Origin: Octopus sinensis
Taxonomy: Eukaryota
Direction: 5' to 3'
DNA length: 64,000 bases
NCBI RefSeq assembly: GCF_006345805.1
Contig: NC_043018.1
Location: 16,988,001 to 17,052,000, forward strand
Shown here in pieces: positions 50,796 to 62,527 of this stretch (the first letter of the stretch is position 1; each line of letters opens with the position of its first letter). The notes beneath the pieces were generated by a model. It had not been told where the DNA came from. It saw only the letters and a list, made by a program, of their open reading frames with translations, and made no database searches. Both the position numbers and the translations under genes were made by a program.

Positions 50796-51224
50796 TAAAT
50801 AAATATACTCGCTTTTTCATTTCGAAAGTTATCCAAGAAAAAATTATCAATAATTAATAATATCAAAGGGTAATCTGAAATATAAGAAATTTCCATTACC
50901 AATGGCCTATCGTGTAAAACTTTAGTCAGTAGACTATATTATTTATAGCAAATTATTTTATTTGCTAAAAATAGGTCTGAAACCATTGGTCCAGGAGTTA
51001 GTTGGTAAATGTTTTTATTTTTCATTCTCTTCAAAATTTTATCCCTAATAGTGGTTTGGAATTTAACTGTCCTCTCTAGCGTGCAGGTAGTTCTATGATG
51101 AATAAATCTTCTGTGTTTTAATGTACACTGTATTTATATGAATAATACATAGTCTATTGACTAAATTTTTTTACACGCTAGGCCACTGGTAAAGGAAATT
51201 TCTAATATTTCAGATTACTCTTTG

Positions 51225-51260
<36 letters not shown>

Positions 51261-51320
51261 GATTTGACGTCTATATCTAGCATGTTGACTGTCCACTTTT
51301 CGTGTGCAGTCCTTAATTGG

Positions 51321-51351
<31 letters not shown>

Positions 51352-51426
51352 GATATATATATATAATGAAGACCACTTGCATTTTTTTTCTCTGTCCTCC
51401 CACCTCGGGATCTTTCTTTCTCCTAT

Positions 51427-51461
51427 GTTTCCGACGAAGAACTCGGCTCGAAACGTCATAC
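51427..51461 (+). ncRNA. Degenerate minimal hammerhead-like motif (Penelope-like repeat?)
   Basis: GTTT-CCGACGA-A-GAAC-TCG-GCTC-GAAA-C-GTC-ATAC: core with U4 to C, helix II with one mismatch, palindromic ACGU, GUC triplet, weak helix I. Confidence 0.4.
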
Positions 51462-51825
51462 CCTCCTTCTTCCCTTCTTTCCCTGAGCGTCAATAATACT
51501 TATTTGTTCCACATCCTCGCACTGTTGTCTTTTGTTTTCTTGTTTGGATTAACTATATATATATATATATATATATAATACTCTATAATATATATATATA
51601 TAACATGCATATACGGTACAGACGTTACCAACGGTGCAAATAGCATACACACCAGAGATGGATACAAGACGTGGACATTAATTAGCGAACAAAAACGACT
51701 GAAATACGCAAACAAACGAGGGGAAAATGAGGGAAATCCAGAAGCTAATGGAAAAAATGGGAAACAGAAAAGTTAACACAACTGTCTATCTACTCCTAAT
51801 TTCGAGCATTCAAACGACAATGTAG

Positions 51826-52217
51826 GGCCGTGAGCTGGCAGATTCGTTAACACGCTGGGTGAAATGCTTAGCGATATTTCGTCTGTCTTTACGTTCTGAG
51901 TTCAAATTCCACTGAAGGTTGACTTTGCCTTTCATCCTTTCGGAGTCGACTAAATAAGTACCAGTTACACAATGGGGTTGATATAATCGATTTAATCCGT
52001 TTGTCTGTCCTTGTTTGTCCCTTCCGTGTTTAGCCCCCTGTAGGTAGTAAAGAAATAGGTATTTCGTGTGCGCCGCCGAGGTCGACTTTGCCTTTCATAC
52101 ATTCGGGACGATTAAATAGGTACAAGTTATGCACTGGGGTCGATGTAATCGACTTAATCCCTATGTCTGTCCTTGATTGACCTCTCTATGTTTAGCCCAT
52201 TGTGGGCAATAAAGAAA
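51826..52217 (+). mobile_element. SINE family D tandem dimer (second unit internally deleted)
   Basis: Head GAGCTGGCAGATTCGTTAAC...; junction AAAGAAATAGGTATTTCG at ~52049-52066; period ~185 bp. Confidence 0.9.
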
Positions 52218-52235
52218 TGAATATAAGTCATCAAA

Positions 52236-52335
52236 NNNNNNNNNNNNNNNNNNNNNNNNNNNNNNNNNNNNNNNNNNNNNNNNNNNNNNNNNNNNNNNNN
52301 NNNNNNNNNNNNNNNNNNNNNNNNNNNNNNNNNNN
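52236..52335. other. Assembly gap (100 N)
   Basis: Run of exactly 100 N. Confidence 1.
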
Positions 52336-52641
52336 AAGAAGTAAAAGAATAAAAGATTACATGCAATATATACGTACATCCATATATATATACATAAGTG
52401 TATATATATATATGTATATATATACCGGAGTAAACACATAAATGTGAAACAAGGTGGAAAAAAGAGTACTCAAATACCAGTGGTAGAGTAATATGTTTTA
52501 TTTTAAGCAGCAGAAAATTCAACAAAATCTGTTACATCTTAATGTCAACCAGAGAAGTTGAATTGTTGAAAATCTTTTTAACTTAGGTCTTATATCTATT
52601 GTTTGAATTTCTTTGAAATAGGAAATATACGTTCACTGGGT

Positions 52642-52681
<40 letters not shown>

Positions 52682-53292
52682 CACGCACAATAACGTATGC
52701 GCACACACATATAATAATCGTTGGAAAGGAACAGTGGGTGGGTTAGAGATAAGTAAGAAAGTGATTTGGATGAGGCACGCATGGTTTAGATCTTAGTCCT
52801 CGGAAATACAACAACGGCTTGCATTTCTTAAAACGGGACGGATTAAAGGCGAAAATGTTTTTTCCCTACATTTAGATGCCCACTCACATATCAAAGCTTA
52901 GCGTTGCAGTTCTCACAATGGCCCCTTCCTATACCATATTGTGTTGTATTTTTTTCTTATCTTGACTCACAGCCATATTGAAAATGTGCAATGATGAAAA
53001 TGAAATAAACGAAAGAAGGGATTTTTATTTATAGAAAAGCTAACTTTGATTAAATATTTTGCAGCTTCCAAAGAACTGACGACAGAAGTAATGTTTGAAT
53101 CTCCTGCGCAAACCTTTCCTTTCATTCTTTGTTCTATACAATACTTTACAAATTCTATCACAAACCTTCATACAGAACAAATTTCTATAACTTTATCGCT
53201 TTCTTATCCTGAACTCCTTTTACGTTTCAATATCTAAAGTATTTGTTATTGCCAGAAAAAAAAAGAAGAAAATAAACAATGTAAACTGAAAT

Positions 53293-53450
53293 GAGTGGCT
53301 GTGTGGTAAGTAGTTTGTTTACCAACCACATAGTTCCGGGTTCAGTCCCACTGCGTGGCATCTTGGGCGAGTGTCTTTTACTATAGCCACGGGCCGACCA
53401 ATGCCTTGTGAGTGGATTTGGCAGACGGAAACTGAAAGAAGCCTGTCGTA

Positions 53451-53491
<41 letters not shown>

Positions 53492-53726
53492 TTGTGTGTG
53501 TGTTTGTGTGTCTGTGTTTGTTCCCCTAACATTACTTGACAACTGATGCTGGTGTTTTTACGTCCCCATCACTTAGCGGTTCGACAAAAGAGACCGATAG
53601 AATATGTACTGGGCTTACAAAGAATAAGTCCCGGGGTCGATTTGCTCGACTAAAGGCGGTGCTCCTGCATGGCCGCAGTCAAATGACTGAAACAAGTAAA
53701 AGAGTAAAAGAGTAAGAGTAAAGAGT
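53293..53726 (+). mobile_element. SINE family A, near full length
   Basis: GAGTGGCTGTGTGGTAAG...CAAGTAAAAGAGTAAAAGAGTAAGAGTAAAGAGT. Confidence 0.95.
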
Positions 53727-54379
53727 ATTCTTCAAAAACAAGTTTTAACGTTAAAAACTGGACAATGGTAAACAATACAATGATGAGAATCCAAGAGATT
53801 TCTGTAAAAGTTAGAACAACAGAGCCTGTAGCAGAACAGTAATAGATTCGTATTAATTCTATTAAAGGAGATGACGTCAGACACTGTCTCAGACTGTTCG
53901 AGTAATGTGATGGCTAATGATCTAATCAACAGATGTGTGAATTAATAAAATTAGTTCCTCATTAACCAAAGTATTTGTAAACCAGTATTTTTAGAATTGT
54001 GTGACGGGTGGGCAAAGTACAGAATAAATCAAGTTGTTTATATGAACATAGGAGGTTCCCCGTGTTAAAGACCTTCTCTGTTGGTGCAGCCACGCAAAAG
54101 ACATGTTTATTTAATGTTGGTATGTAGGTAGGTTTAGAGCTTGCGCAAATACAATTATAGAGAGGGAGTGAGATAGGGAGAGAGAGAGAGAGAGAAAGAA
54201 AGAAAGAGCATAGTTGCATATATATAGTTATATTTGCCAGCATTTCTATTCACGAAGCAACTTTACTGTCAAATAGAAAGAACTCAATATCTTCAAGGGA
54301 ATAAGTTCTTTGCCATAATTATTTCAGGTCACACAATACGACATACAATTCCGCTACGACCTTGTCAGTTCGCCTCTTT

Positions 54380-54532
54380 ATGTATGTATGTATGTATGTA
54401 TGTATGTATGTATGTATGTATGTATGTATGTATGTATGTATGTATGTATGTATGATTGTATGTATGTATGTATGTATGTATGTATGTATGTATGTATGTA
54501 TGTATGTATGTATGTATGTATGCATGTATGTA
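54380..54532. repeat. (TATG)n microsatellite
   Basis: Directly visible. Confidence 0.95.
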
Positions 54533-57025
54533 TATATACACTCATGTATACATACCTGTATGTACACACACGCACACACACATACGTTTCTGTGAATATG
54601 CACAATCATATTATAAAATTGTTATTACCATAAGAACGTTCTGGTCTGATGAATATTGTATTCATATATAATAGCAGACAATATATTTTTACACACCTAC
54701 AGAGATAATGGATATTAAATGAGTACATGGTCAGAAATTTAAAATCAATGCGCATATTCAATTTTTAATAGATTTTTTTTATTTACCTGGCATTTGGGAC
54801 TGAGTGTTGTTATGTTTTATCTCGCTATGTAACTTGAACCCAAACTAGCTGACTATTGTATGTCCAATATTTCTATCCTAATGTAGCACCACCGAAACAA
54901 AGAAGTGCTTAAAAGCGAGGACACTGTCCAAATTCCTCACTCAAAATGCAAGATGCCTCTTGCACAAAATCCGTCGGCTGAATGAGGAAAGTGTCTCTAT
55001 AAATACCCTAAGATAAGCAGGATTAAATTTGTAGCCTTATCCTTTATGTTTGTTTTTATCATATCGTGGTGATTAGATTATGCATCTTGAGAAGACCTAT
55101 GTGTATCCTGTAAATATGGAAAAGAAATTTTATGAATATTCCGCAGAATAAATGCAACCTCAGAGGAAATCCGTTAAAGTTGATTTAAACTGAAATAGCT
55201 AAAGTTTAAGTTACCTTTGTGGACGAAGGACTGAAAAATGGATTTGAAAGATCTTTATTGTGGCACTAAGCCTAACAGGGCATGGGGACAAGAGATAAAT
55301 GTATTGGAGGGATTTCAGTGTTGTTAGCATGGAATCTGTTGGATGAGGGGAGCACGAAATTTATTTTACAAGACGAGGAAGCTTGAGTGAGGCAATACTA
55401 CTGATTTTTAAGGGATTGTTCGTTGATTTGGTGAGTAAATATTGCTACAAATCAACTGGTTGACAATGTTTAGAAAGATGTGAATAATTTAATAAAATGA
55501 TTGTTAGTTTTTCTAACACACTCTTAACTCGTATATCAATTGTATGGAATCGGTGGTTTTATTTTCATCATGTTTATGTATGAGTGCGTAAATACGTGTG
55601 TGTGTGTGTATGTATATATATTATATATATATGTATATATATATATATATATAATATATATATATATGTGTGTGTGGTGTGTGTGAGTACGCGCGCTTGT
55701 ATGTGTGCGTGTGTGGAGCAGGACGCCCATCGCTAAAATAAGAAATAGTGACAGTGACAAAAGAACGAGAAAGACTTGCTGAAGGTTGTCGTTTAGCCTC
55801 TGATCAACTTTGACGAAACAGATTGAGTATTAACTGCCATGACCACTTCGTCTTGATACTGGTCTATATGTTTATGTTATTTGAAGAGTGCTCTCCTCAT
55901 ATAAGACAGTAACTGTAATTTTTAATGAAATTTGGCCTTTATGCGTCGCTGGTTGTGCGACCAATGGTGGTAACCCATTAACATGTAATTCAGTAGTTGA
56001 AGACTTTGCTTCCACGAAAGCTGCTTCAAACACACATTTTCAATTACCTGAGCCTAAATTTAAAAAAAAAAACATCATGCAAAAATAGTTGTCTCTTCGT
56101 TTTATGTAAATCTTTCGGGTCTCCAACTTGTCTTAACTTATATTATCTTTTGAATCATTTGAATTTTTATGAAGTAATTGAATTTGGTCCACTTAATTTC
56201 CATTGCACATTATTTCCAAGATGCCTCGAGAATGAATTATTTGTTATCGAATTTAGATAGCCAATATTGAAGAAACGCCTGCAGCATTGTATGGCATATT
56301 CGTTCCTCTATACCAAATACACACACACACACACACACACACCACACAGACAGACAGGACAGACAGACACCGACACAGACACACACACACACACACACCA
56401 CACCACACACACAACACACACACATATAATATATATATATATATATATATAGCCTAAAGCTACCTTGTCTCTGTATGCAAATATTCAAAAGGATACAGCT
56501 CCAATATTCTGGTTCGCTCCCTGGGAAACATTTTCTTCGTCTAGATGTATAGAAACACTTCTCCCGATACAGAAAGAGAGAGGTTAAAAAACGTACACTT
56601 TTATAAACGCCCTTCTGCAGAAGAAATGTCGCTGTTATTGGACGAGACTGTTTGTCAAGTATAATATAAACTAGTAAATTATTGAGCGGCATTTGTAACA
56701 ACAAAACCTACGGTAATACAATTTAAGACATTAGGTTGCCAAGATAATAAGCCAGATAAATCTAATAACTAATGCCAATCTGATTAAAGATATACAAATA
56801 TTCTCAGAAAAAATGTAGTAACAAATTGAAAGGGTTTGCATCATAGGTTGTGTCGTCAAGAGACTACACCTTGTTAAAGCTATTGAGATGCCTTTCTAGA
56901 AAGTACATGCTTATCGACCCACCTGTCTCATGACGGTTATAGAAACACTAGAAATAATGATATAATATACATACATACATACTACATACACACATTTATA
57001 TATATTTATTATATATATTATAGAT

Positions 57026-57064
<39 letters not shown>

Positions 57065-57080
57065 TACATATACTATATAT

Positions 57081-57128
<48 letters not shown>

Positions 57129-57587
57129 ATATATATATATTTGTACCAAAATTGATACAGACAGAGGAAAAAAAAAACATCATACGTATACAACACTGCC
57201 ACACAGGTACTTGTATAATTAAAAAAGCTGATAGCTTATCTGGAAGGAATAATTAGCTTCAATACATATGTGTGTGTATAATACGCACACATACACACGC
57301 ACACTCACACACACACACACATATAGTATATGAGAAAGGGGAAAAGTTTCAGGTTCTGATGAAACTGTAAGGTGTTACACACTTTAGCATGAGACCATCA
57401 TAGCATATAAAGGAAACAGCTGTAAGGTAATGAAGTTCATAAGATAACCGTTTATTGTATTGTCATCTCTTTGCTTATTACTACTCTGTGTTCGAGTAAC
57501 GCTTCGTTCAGAAGTAAACGTTTATTGAGTTCTACACCAGGTTATCTGTATCGCAATGCCTACACGAAATATGTGTGTGTATGTTGT

Positions 57588-57618
<31 letters not shown>

Positions 57619-57994
57619 GTGTGGTGTGTGTGTGTGTGCATATGTATGTATATAAGATGTGTGAGTGTGTGTGGATACACACAATACACTCATGTGTGGC
57701 TAATAAAGAAACATATATCTATATATCTATCTATCTATCTAACTATCTATCGGTCTCTCTCTCTCTCTCTCTCTCGTATATATATTATATATATATATAT
57801 AATATATATATATATTATATATATATATATATGTGTGTATATATATAAATATATACGATATTTAAATAAATAAATAATATTACGTTATTAATAATAAGGT
57901 GGTTAGCAAGTTTACACCTTTACAGGTAAAATATAAGCTAAATTGAGATTCAATAGGGTATTTAAATACCACTTGCTACACACAACATATTTCT

Positions 57995-58060
57995 ACCTTG
58001 TCCTAGGTGCATCGCACTGAGATGGAACACAGAACCTTGTGGCTATGAAGCAAACTTCGT
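57995..58060 (-). mobile_element. Highly degenerate SINE family A head fragment
   Basis: CTTGTCCTAGGTGCATCGCACTGAGATGGAACACAGAACCTTGTGG...AAGCAAACT aligns loosely with CTTGCCCAAGGTGCCACGCAGTGGGACTGAACCCGGAACCATGTGG. Confidence 0.45.
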
Positions 58061-58873
58061 ATCCCAAGGTCTTGTTATGTATGTATTCATGTCTATATGT
58101 ATATATGTGTGTGCGTGCTTGTGTGTGTGTATCTTTGTGTATGTATTTACACGTATATATATAATGTGTGTGTGTGTGTGTGTATGAGTATAGGAAATTC
58201 ATATTTATGTAACCCGTTAATGGTTCCCCTGAAAGCAGCCATTGTAAAACTGTTCACTTTTTAAATTCACTTAAAAACTGAAAAGTAATATTACATTTTG
58301 GTAAGTAATCACTTGTGTTTTATTAAGTTGAAAGTTAATTATTTCATTAAATCTCGATTCTAAATATCGATTGTTTTGAAAATTAAATTTCAAATTCATA
58401 ATGTATTCTAAATTTAAGAAACATAGTTTTAATGTTTGAACATGAAGTAAGAAATGTAATGTTTTCAAGTTCTAAAGCCGCAATTAAATTATTGCCTTCT
58501 ACAGTGACAACTTTTTTAAAAAAGGAAACACATCTTCCTGGTAAACCTGTTATTTGTATAGGAAAAAGTTTTATATTCTTAAGCAATTCGTTTGTATAAT
58601 CTAATTTTTCGAAGGAAAATGTTACAAAAAGGAACAGAAAAATATATCTGTGTTTCGATGTAAAAACCAGCCTCGTAAAATGTATTCTTCCCTTCGATAA
58701 TTCGAGATTAAGCACAATTCTAATTACTTTTCGAAACAAATAAAATGACATAAATATATTAACACGAAATGGTTTTCGTTCCATCATTACCAAGGCCACA
58801 CGTCGTCCTTAAGATGACCTCCTGTAACATAAAGTAGCAGCTTTCCCCTTTTCTGCTGGAGCAAATTCTTATC

Positions 58874-59277
58874 TACTCTTTTACTCTTTTACTTGTTTCA
58901 GTCATTTGACTGCGGCCATGCTGGAGCACCGCCTTTAATCGAGCAAATCGACCCCGGGACTTATTCTTTGTAAGCTCAGTACTTATTCTATCGGTCTCTT
59001 TTGCCGAACCGCTAAGTAAAGGGGACATAAACACACCAACATCGGTTGTCAAGCAATGTTAGGGGGACAAACACAGACACACAAACATACACACATATAT
59101 ATACATATATACGACAGGCTTTCTTTCAGTTTATGTCTACCAAACAACCCACTACAAGGCATTGGTCGGCCCGGGCTATAGCAGAAGCACTTGACCAAGA
59201 TGCCACGCAGTGGGACTGAACCCGGAACCATGTGGTTGGTTAGCAAGCTACTTACCACACTACCGCTCCTGCGCCTA
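58874..59277 (-). mobile_element. SINE family A, full length
   Basis: Tail TACTCTTTTACTCTTTTACTTG through head ...CTCCTGCGCCTA. Confidence 0.95.
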
Positions 59278-59382
59278 TCTATATACGTAAACATGCACAT
59301 CTGCATTTCCATTGAATTTAAGCACTTCACATTTCACACATATACACAAACAGTCGCACACACACAGAAAATTCATTCTATA

Positions 59383-59472
59383 GGGCTGTTGATGTATACA
59401 GTGAATTTCTTGCCCAAGGTGTTGGGAAAGATATTCGGCAAGAAATGGAAACAAAGTTGAAAGAAGAAAAAC

Positions 59473-59535
<63 letters not shown>

Positions 59536-60376
59536 ACGAACTATTGAGTTTGGTGTAATGGCCTACCGATGTATACTATGAGTTTCTTTGCCCTAGGAGT
59601 CGGGAAGACACTCGGCAAGAAATGAGCAGAATTTGAAAGAAGAAGAAAGAAAAAATAATAATAATAATTACTTACTATCAGATTATAATTATAATTTCTT
59701 CAAATGCAATGCGTAGATTTATTTCGCAAGCAAGTGCTAAAGCTTTGCGTGGAATTTCTATAATTACCGGTGTATACTATTCTCTGTTACATTATTATTA
59801 TCTATAAGGGATGAAAGTAGAATCTATACTGAGACGTAATTGTTGTCTCCATTTCAACATGGCTGTTCCGTACGAGCCGACGTTACAATCATTTTGTAAC
59901 CCCTTGGAGATGCCCTCTCTAGATGGTTACCGATGCAATCTGAACCCGATATATATTGCATATTATTAGTAATCCTTTCTACTGTAGACACAAGGCCTGA
60001 TATTTGGGAGTAAAGTGGGGTGGTTAAATACATCGGCCCCAGGGTGGAGCTGGTACTTCCTTTGCTCAACATTGAGAAGATGAAAGTCAATGTCGACATC
60101 GGCGGGATTTGAACTCAGGACGTAAAGATGAACGAAACCCTGCTTAGCATTTTGTCTTGCAAACGATTCTGCCAGCCGTTCGCCACCATAAATATGGTAA
60201 TAAAAATATTCTATTTTTTCTTCAAAAATGATTTGAGGAAAACAGACACGTTTTAATTCTTCATATATTCTTTATATTTTTGTTTTGCTTTAAATGTTTG
60301 CTCTCTCTTTGTAGGATATTAAAGGATCCTTTAATCCTTTGGAAAATGTTGAGAGACATAAATCTGATAGTAAGTG

Positions 60377-60434
<58 letters not shown>

Positions 60435-60524
60435 GTTTTTCTTCTTTCAACTTTGTTTCCATTTCTTGCCGAATATCTTCCCCAACACCTTGGGCAAGAA
60501 ATTCACTGTATACATCAACAGCCC
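59383..60524. repeat. Long inverted repeat: 91-bp arms (1 mismatch), each extended inward by ~60 bp of (AAT)n/(ATT)n
   Basis: 59383-59473 is the reverse complement of 60434-60524 except one A/G; a diverged third copy lies at ~59572-59668. Confidence 0.95.
59970..60187 (-). mobile_element. SINE family D, degenerate, alternative tail
   Basis: Reverse complement has TGGCAGAATCG...GAGTTCAAATCCCGCCGATGTCGAC...TTTCATC...AAGTACCAG and a CCCAAATATCAGGCCTTGTG tail like 5130-5170 and 15235-15250. Confidence 0.7.
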
Positions 60525-61435
60525 ATTAAGATAAACAAACCGGATCGTTCATTTAGAAATCCACTTATGGGAAAGAGAAAATATGAAAAAGAATGGAAAA
60601 AGAAAAATGAACAAGAAAAAAAAAAGAAAGATAGGAAAGACAGAAAAGGAAGGAGGAAAACATTTATCCGGGTTCTAATCGTTTTCACAGCAAGTTTACT
60701 CTTCTCCGTATGTGTGACTTGAAAGTTAAATAATTTTATTTACTTCTTCATGGTTGGTAAGATTGGAGTCAGCTTCAAATAATTTCCAGTTCCTTTTTTT
60801 ACCATTCCAAGTGTTTCTACAACAACTGATATTGTAACCGCCTTAAAGTGCTACATTCTTTCGAATTCCATGAATAAATCTTTATGGTTTCTGAGCTTGT
60901 CAAATTATTTTGCCGAGATTTTAGGATCATAGGAGATTCTCATGTCGATCAATAAACAAACTTTATTCTTTCACTACAAAACCCAGTTTATTAGCTTTCA
61001 TGGATCTGTCTGTATGTACTAGAAAGTCCACCTTGCAAGCCCAAATTGTATCCACCTATGTCTTTTTGAGATGTGTCCGTCAATGATTATATTCACGAGT
61101 TTTAGTCTCTCATGGCTTTTACGTACAACGTTATTCAGCATGAGGGTATCATCTTTGAAAAAATACTTCTATTGCGTCTTTTTACAAAAAAAATAGGTGG
61201 CCTATCTTTTGTTGCTATGAACTTCCTTTCTTTCTGTCTTTCTTTGTTTCTTTGTCTCTCTTTATCCCTCTCCCTCACCCGCTCTCTCTCTTTCTCCCAG
61301 TCTCTTTCTCTCTCTCTCTCTCTCTCTGCGTGTCTGCGTGTCTGTGTGTCGGTGGTTGAAAATTCGTGTCTATAATTTCATTTATATTTATAAAGCAACG
61401 CGCATGACGAGAGTGATGCTGTATAGTAGTGAGTG

Positions 61436-61513
61436 ATGGATGTTAGTGATGCTAACCTCCATCAAGTTGAACCTGATCAGTCGCATAGGCAGTGTTACGG
61501 TGTATTAAAGAAG
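61436..61513 (+). CDS. Speculative first coding exon MDVSDANLHQVEPDQSHRQCYGVLKK (product unknown)
   Basis: TATAAAG at 61389, in-frame TGA at 61430-61432, GTGATGG start context, 26 open codons, consensus donor AAG|GTAAGT at 61514. No homology recognised. Confidence 0.3.
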
Positions 61514-62120
61514 GTAAGTGTCCACAAAGAAGCCAACAGAGTGTTGAGGAACCCAAAACATCATTATATATAGGCTTGTATTTGTGTCTGTATGTGTATG
61601 TGTGTTTGTGTATGTGTGATTCTGTGTGTGTGTGTGTGTGTGTGCTGTATGCGTGTCGTTGACGAGGTGATGGCTGTACTGTTAGTAGCACAGATATGAA
61701 ATAAGACAGGTTATTAAATGCATTAGTTTTAGAATGTGATGGGGGTTATTATTGGGAGACATCTGCGACACACAAAATACTAAAGTTGACAAGAGTAGAT
61801 TTTACGAATGAGACGGAACATTGGAAATAATTGAGATAAGTAACAATATGTCAAACAGCTTATCTTTGAGTCCATCTTTTCTTCCCCTTCCACACACATA
61901 CCTACACAGTGACCCCACCACCACCACCACCACCACCACCACCATCACTACACTCACAGCTTTCAATCTTTGGTGTTACCTTTTATTTTCTTCGTTTCTC
62001 TGCATTCTTAACACTCATCGTTCTTTCCTTTTTTCTTTCCGTCCTTCTTTCTTTCTTTCGATATTTCATGCATATTTCCTTTCCTTTAAAATTCAATCTC
62101 CATATATACATCATTCCTTC

Positions 62121-62527
62121 TAAGGCGACGAGCTGACAGAGTCGTTAGCACGCCGGGCGAAGTGCTTAGCGGTATTTCGTCTGCCATTAAGTTCTGAGTT
62201 CAAATTCCGCCGAGGTCGACTTTGCCTTTCATCCTTTCGGGGTTGATAAATTAAGTACCAGTTACGCATTGGGGTCGATGTAATCGACTTAATACCTATG
62301 TCTGTCTTTGTTTGTCCCCTCTATGTTTAGCCCATTGTGCGCAATAAAGAAATAGGTATTTCGTCTGTCGTTACGTTCTGAGTTCAAATTCCGCCGAGGT
62401 CGACTTTGCCTTTCATCCTTTCGGGGTCGATAAATAAAGTACCAGTTTCGCACTGGGGTCGATGTAATCGACTTAATCCCTTGTTTGTCCCCTCTATATA
62501 TAGCCCCTTGTGGGCAATAAAGAAATA
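62121..62527 (+). mobile_element. SINE family D tandem dimer
   Basis: GGTATTTCGTCTG at 62171 and 62355 (period 184 bp); ends GGGCAATAAAGAAATA. Confidence 0.95.

Noticed and set aside
52154-52525. ORFs containing X runs
   Set aside because: They span the 100-N assembly gap.
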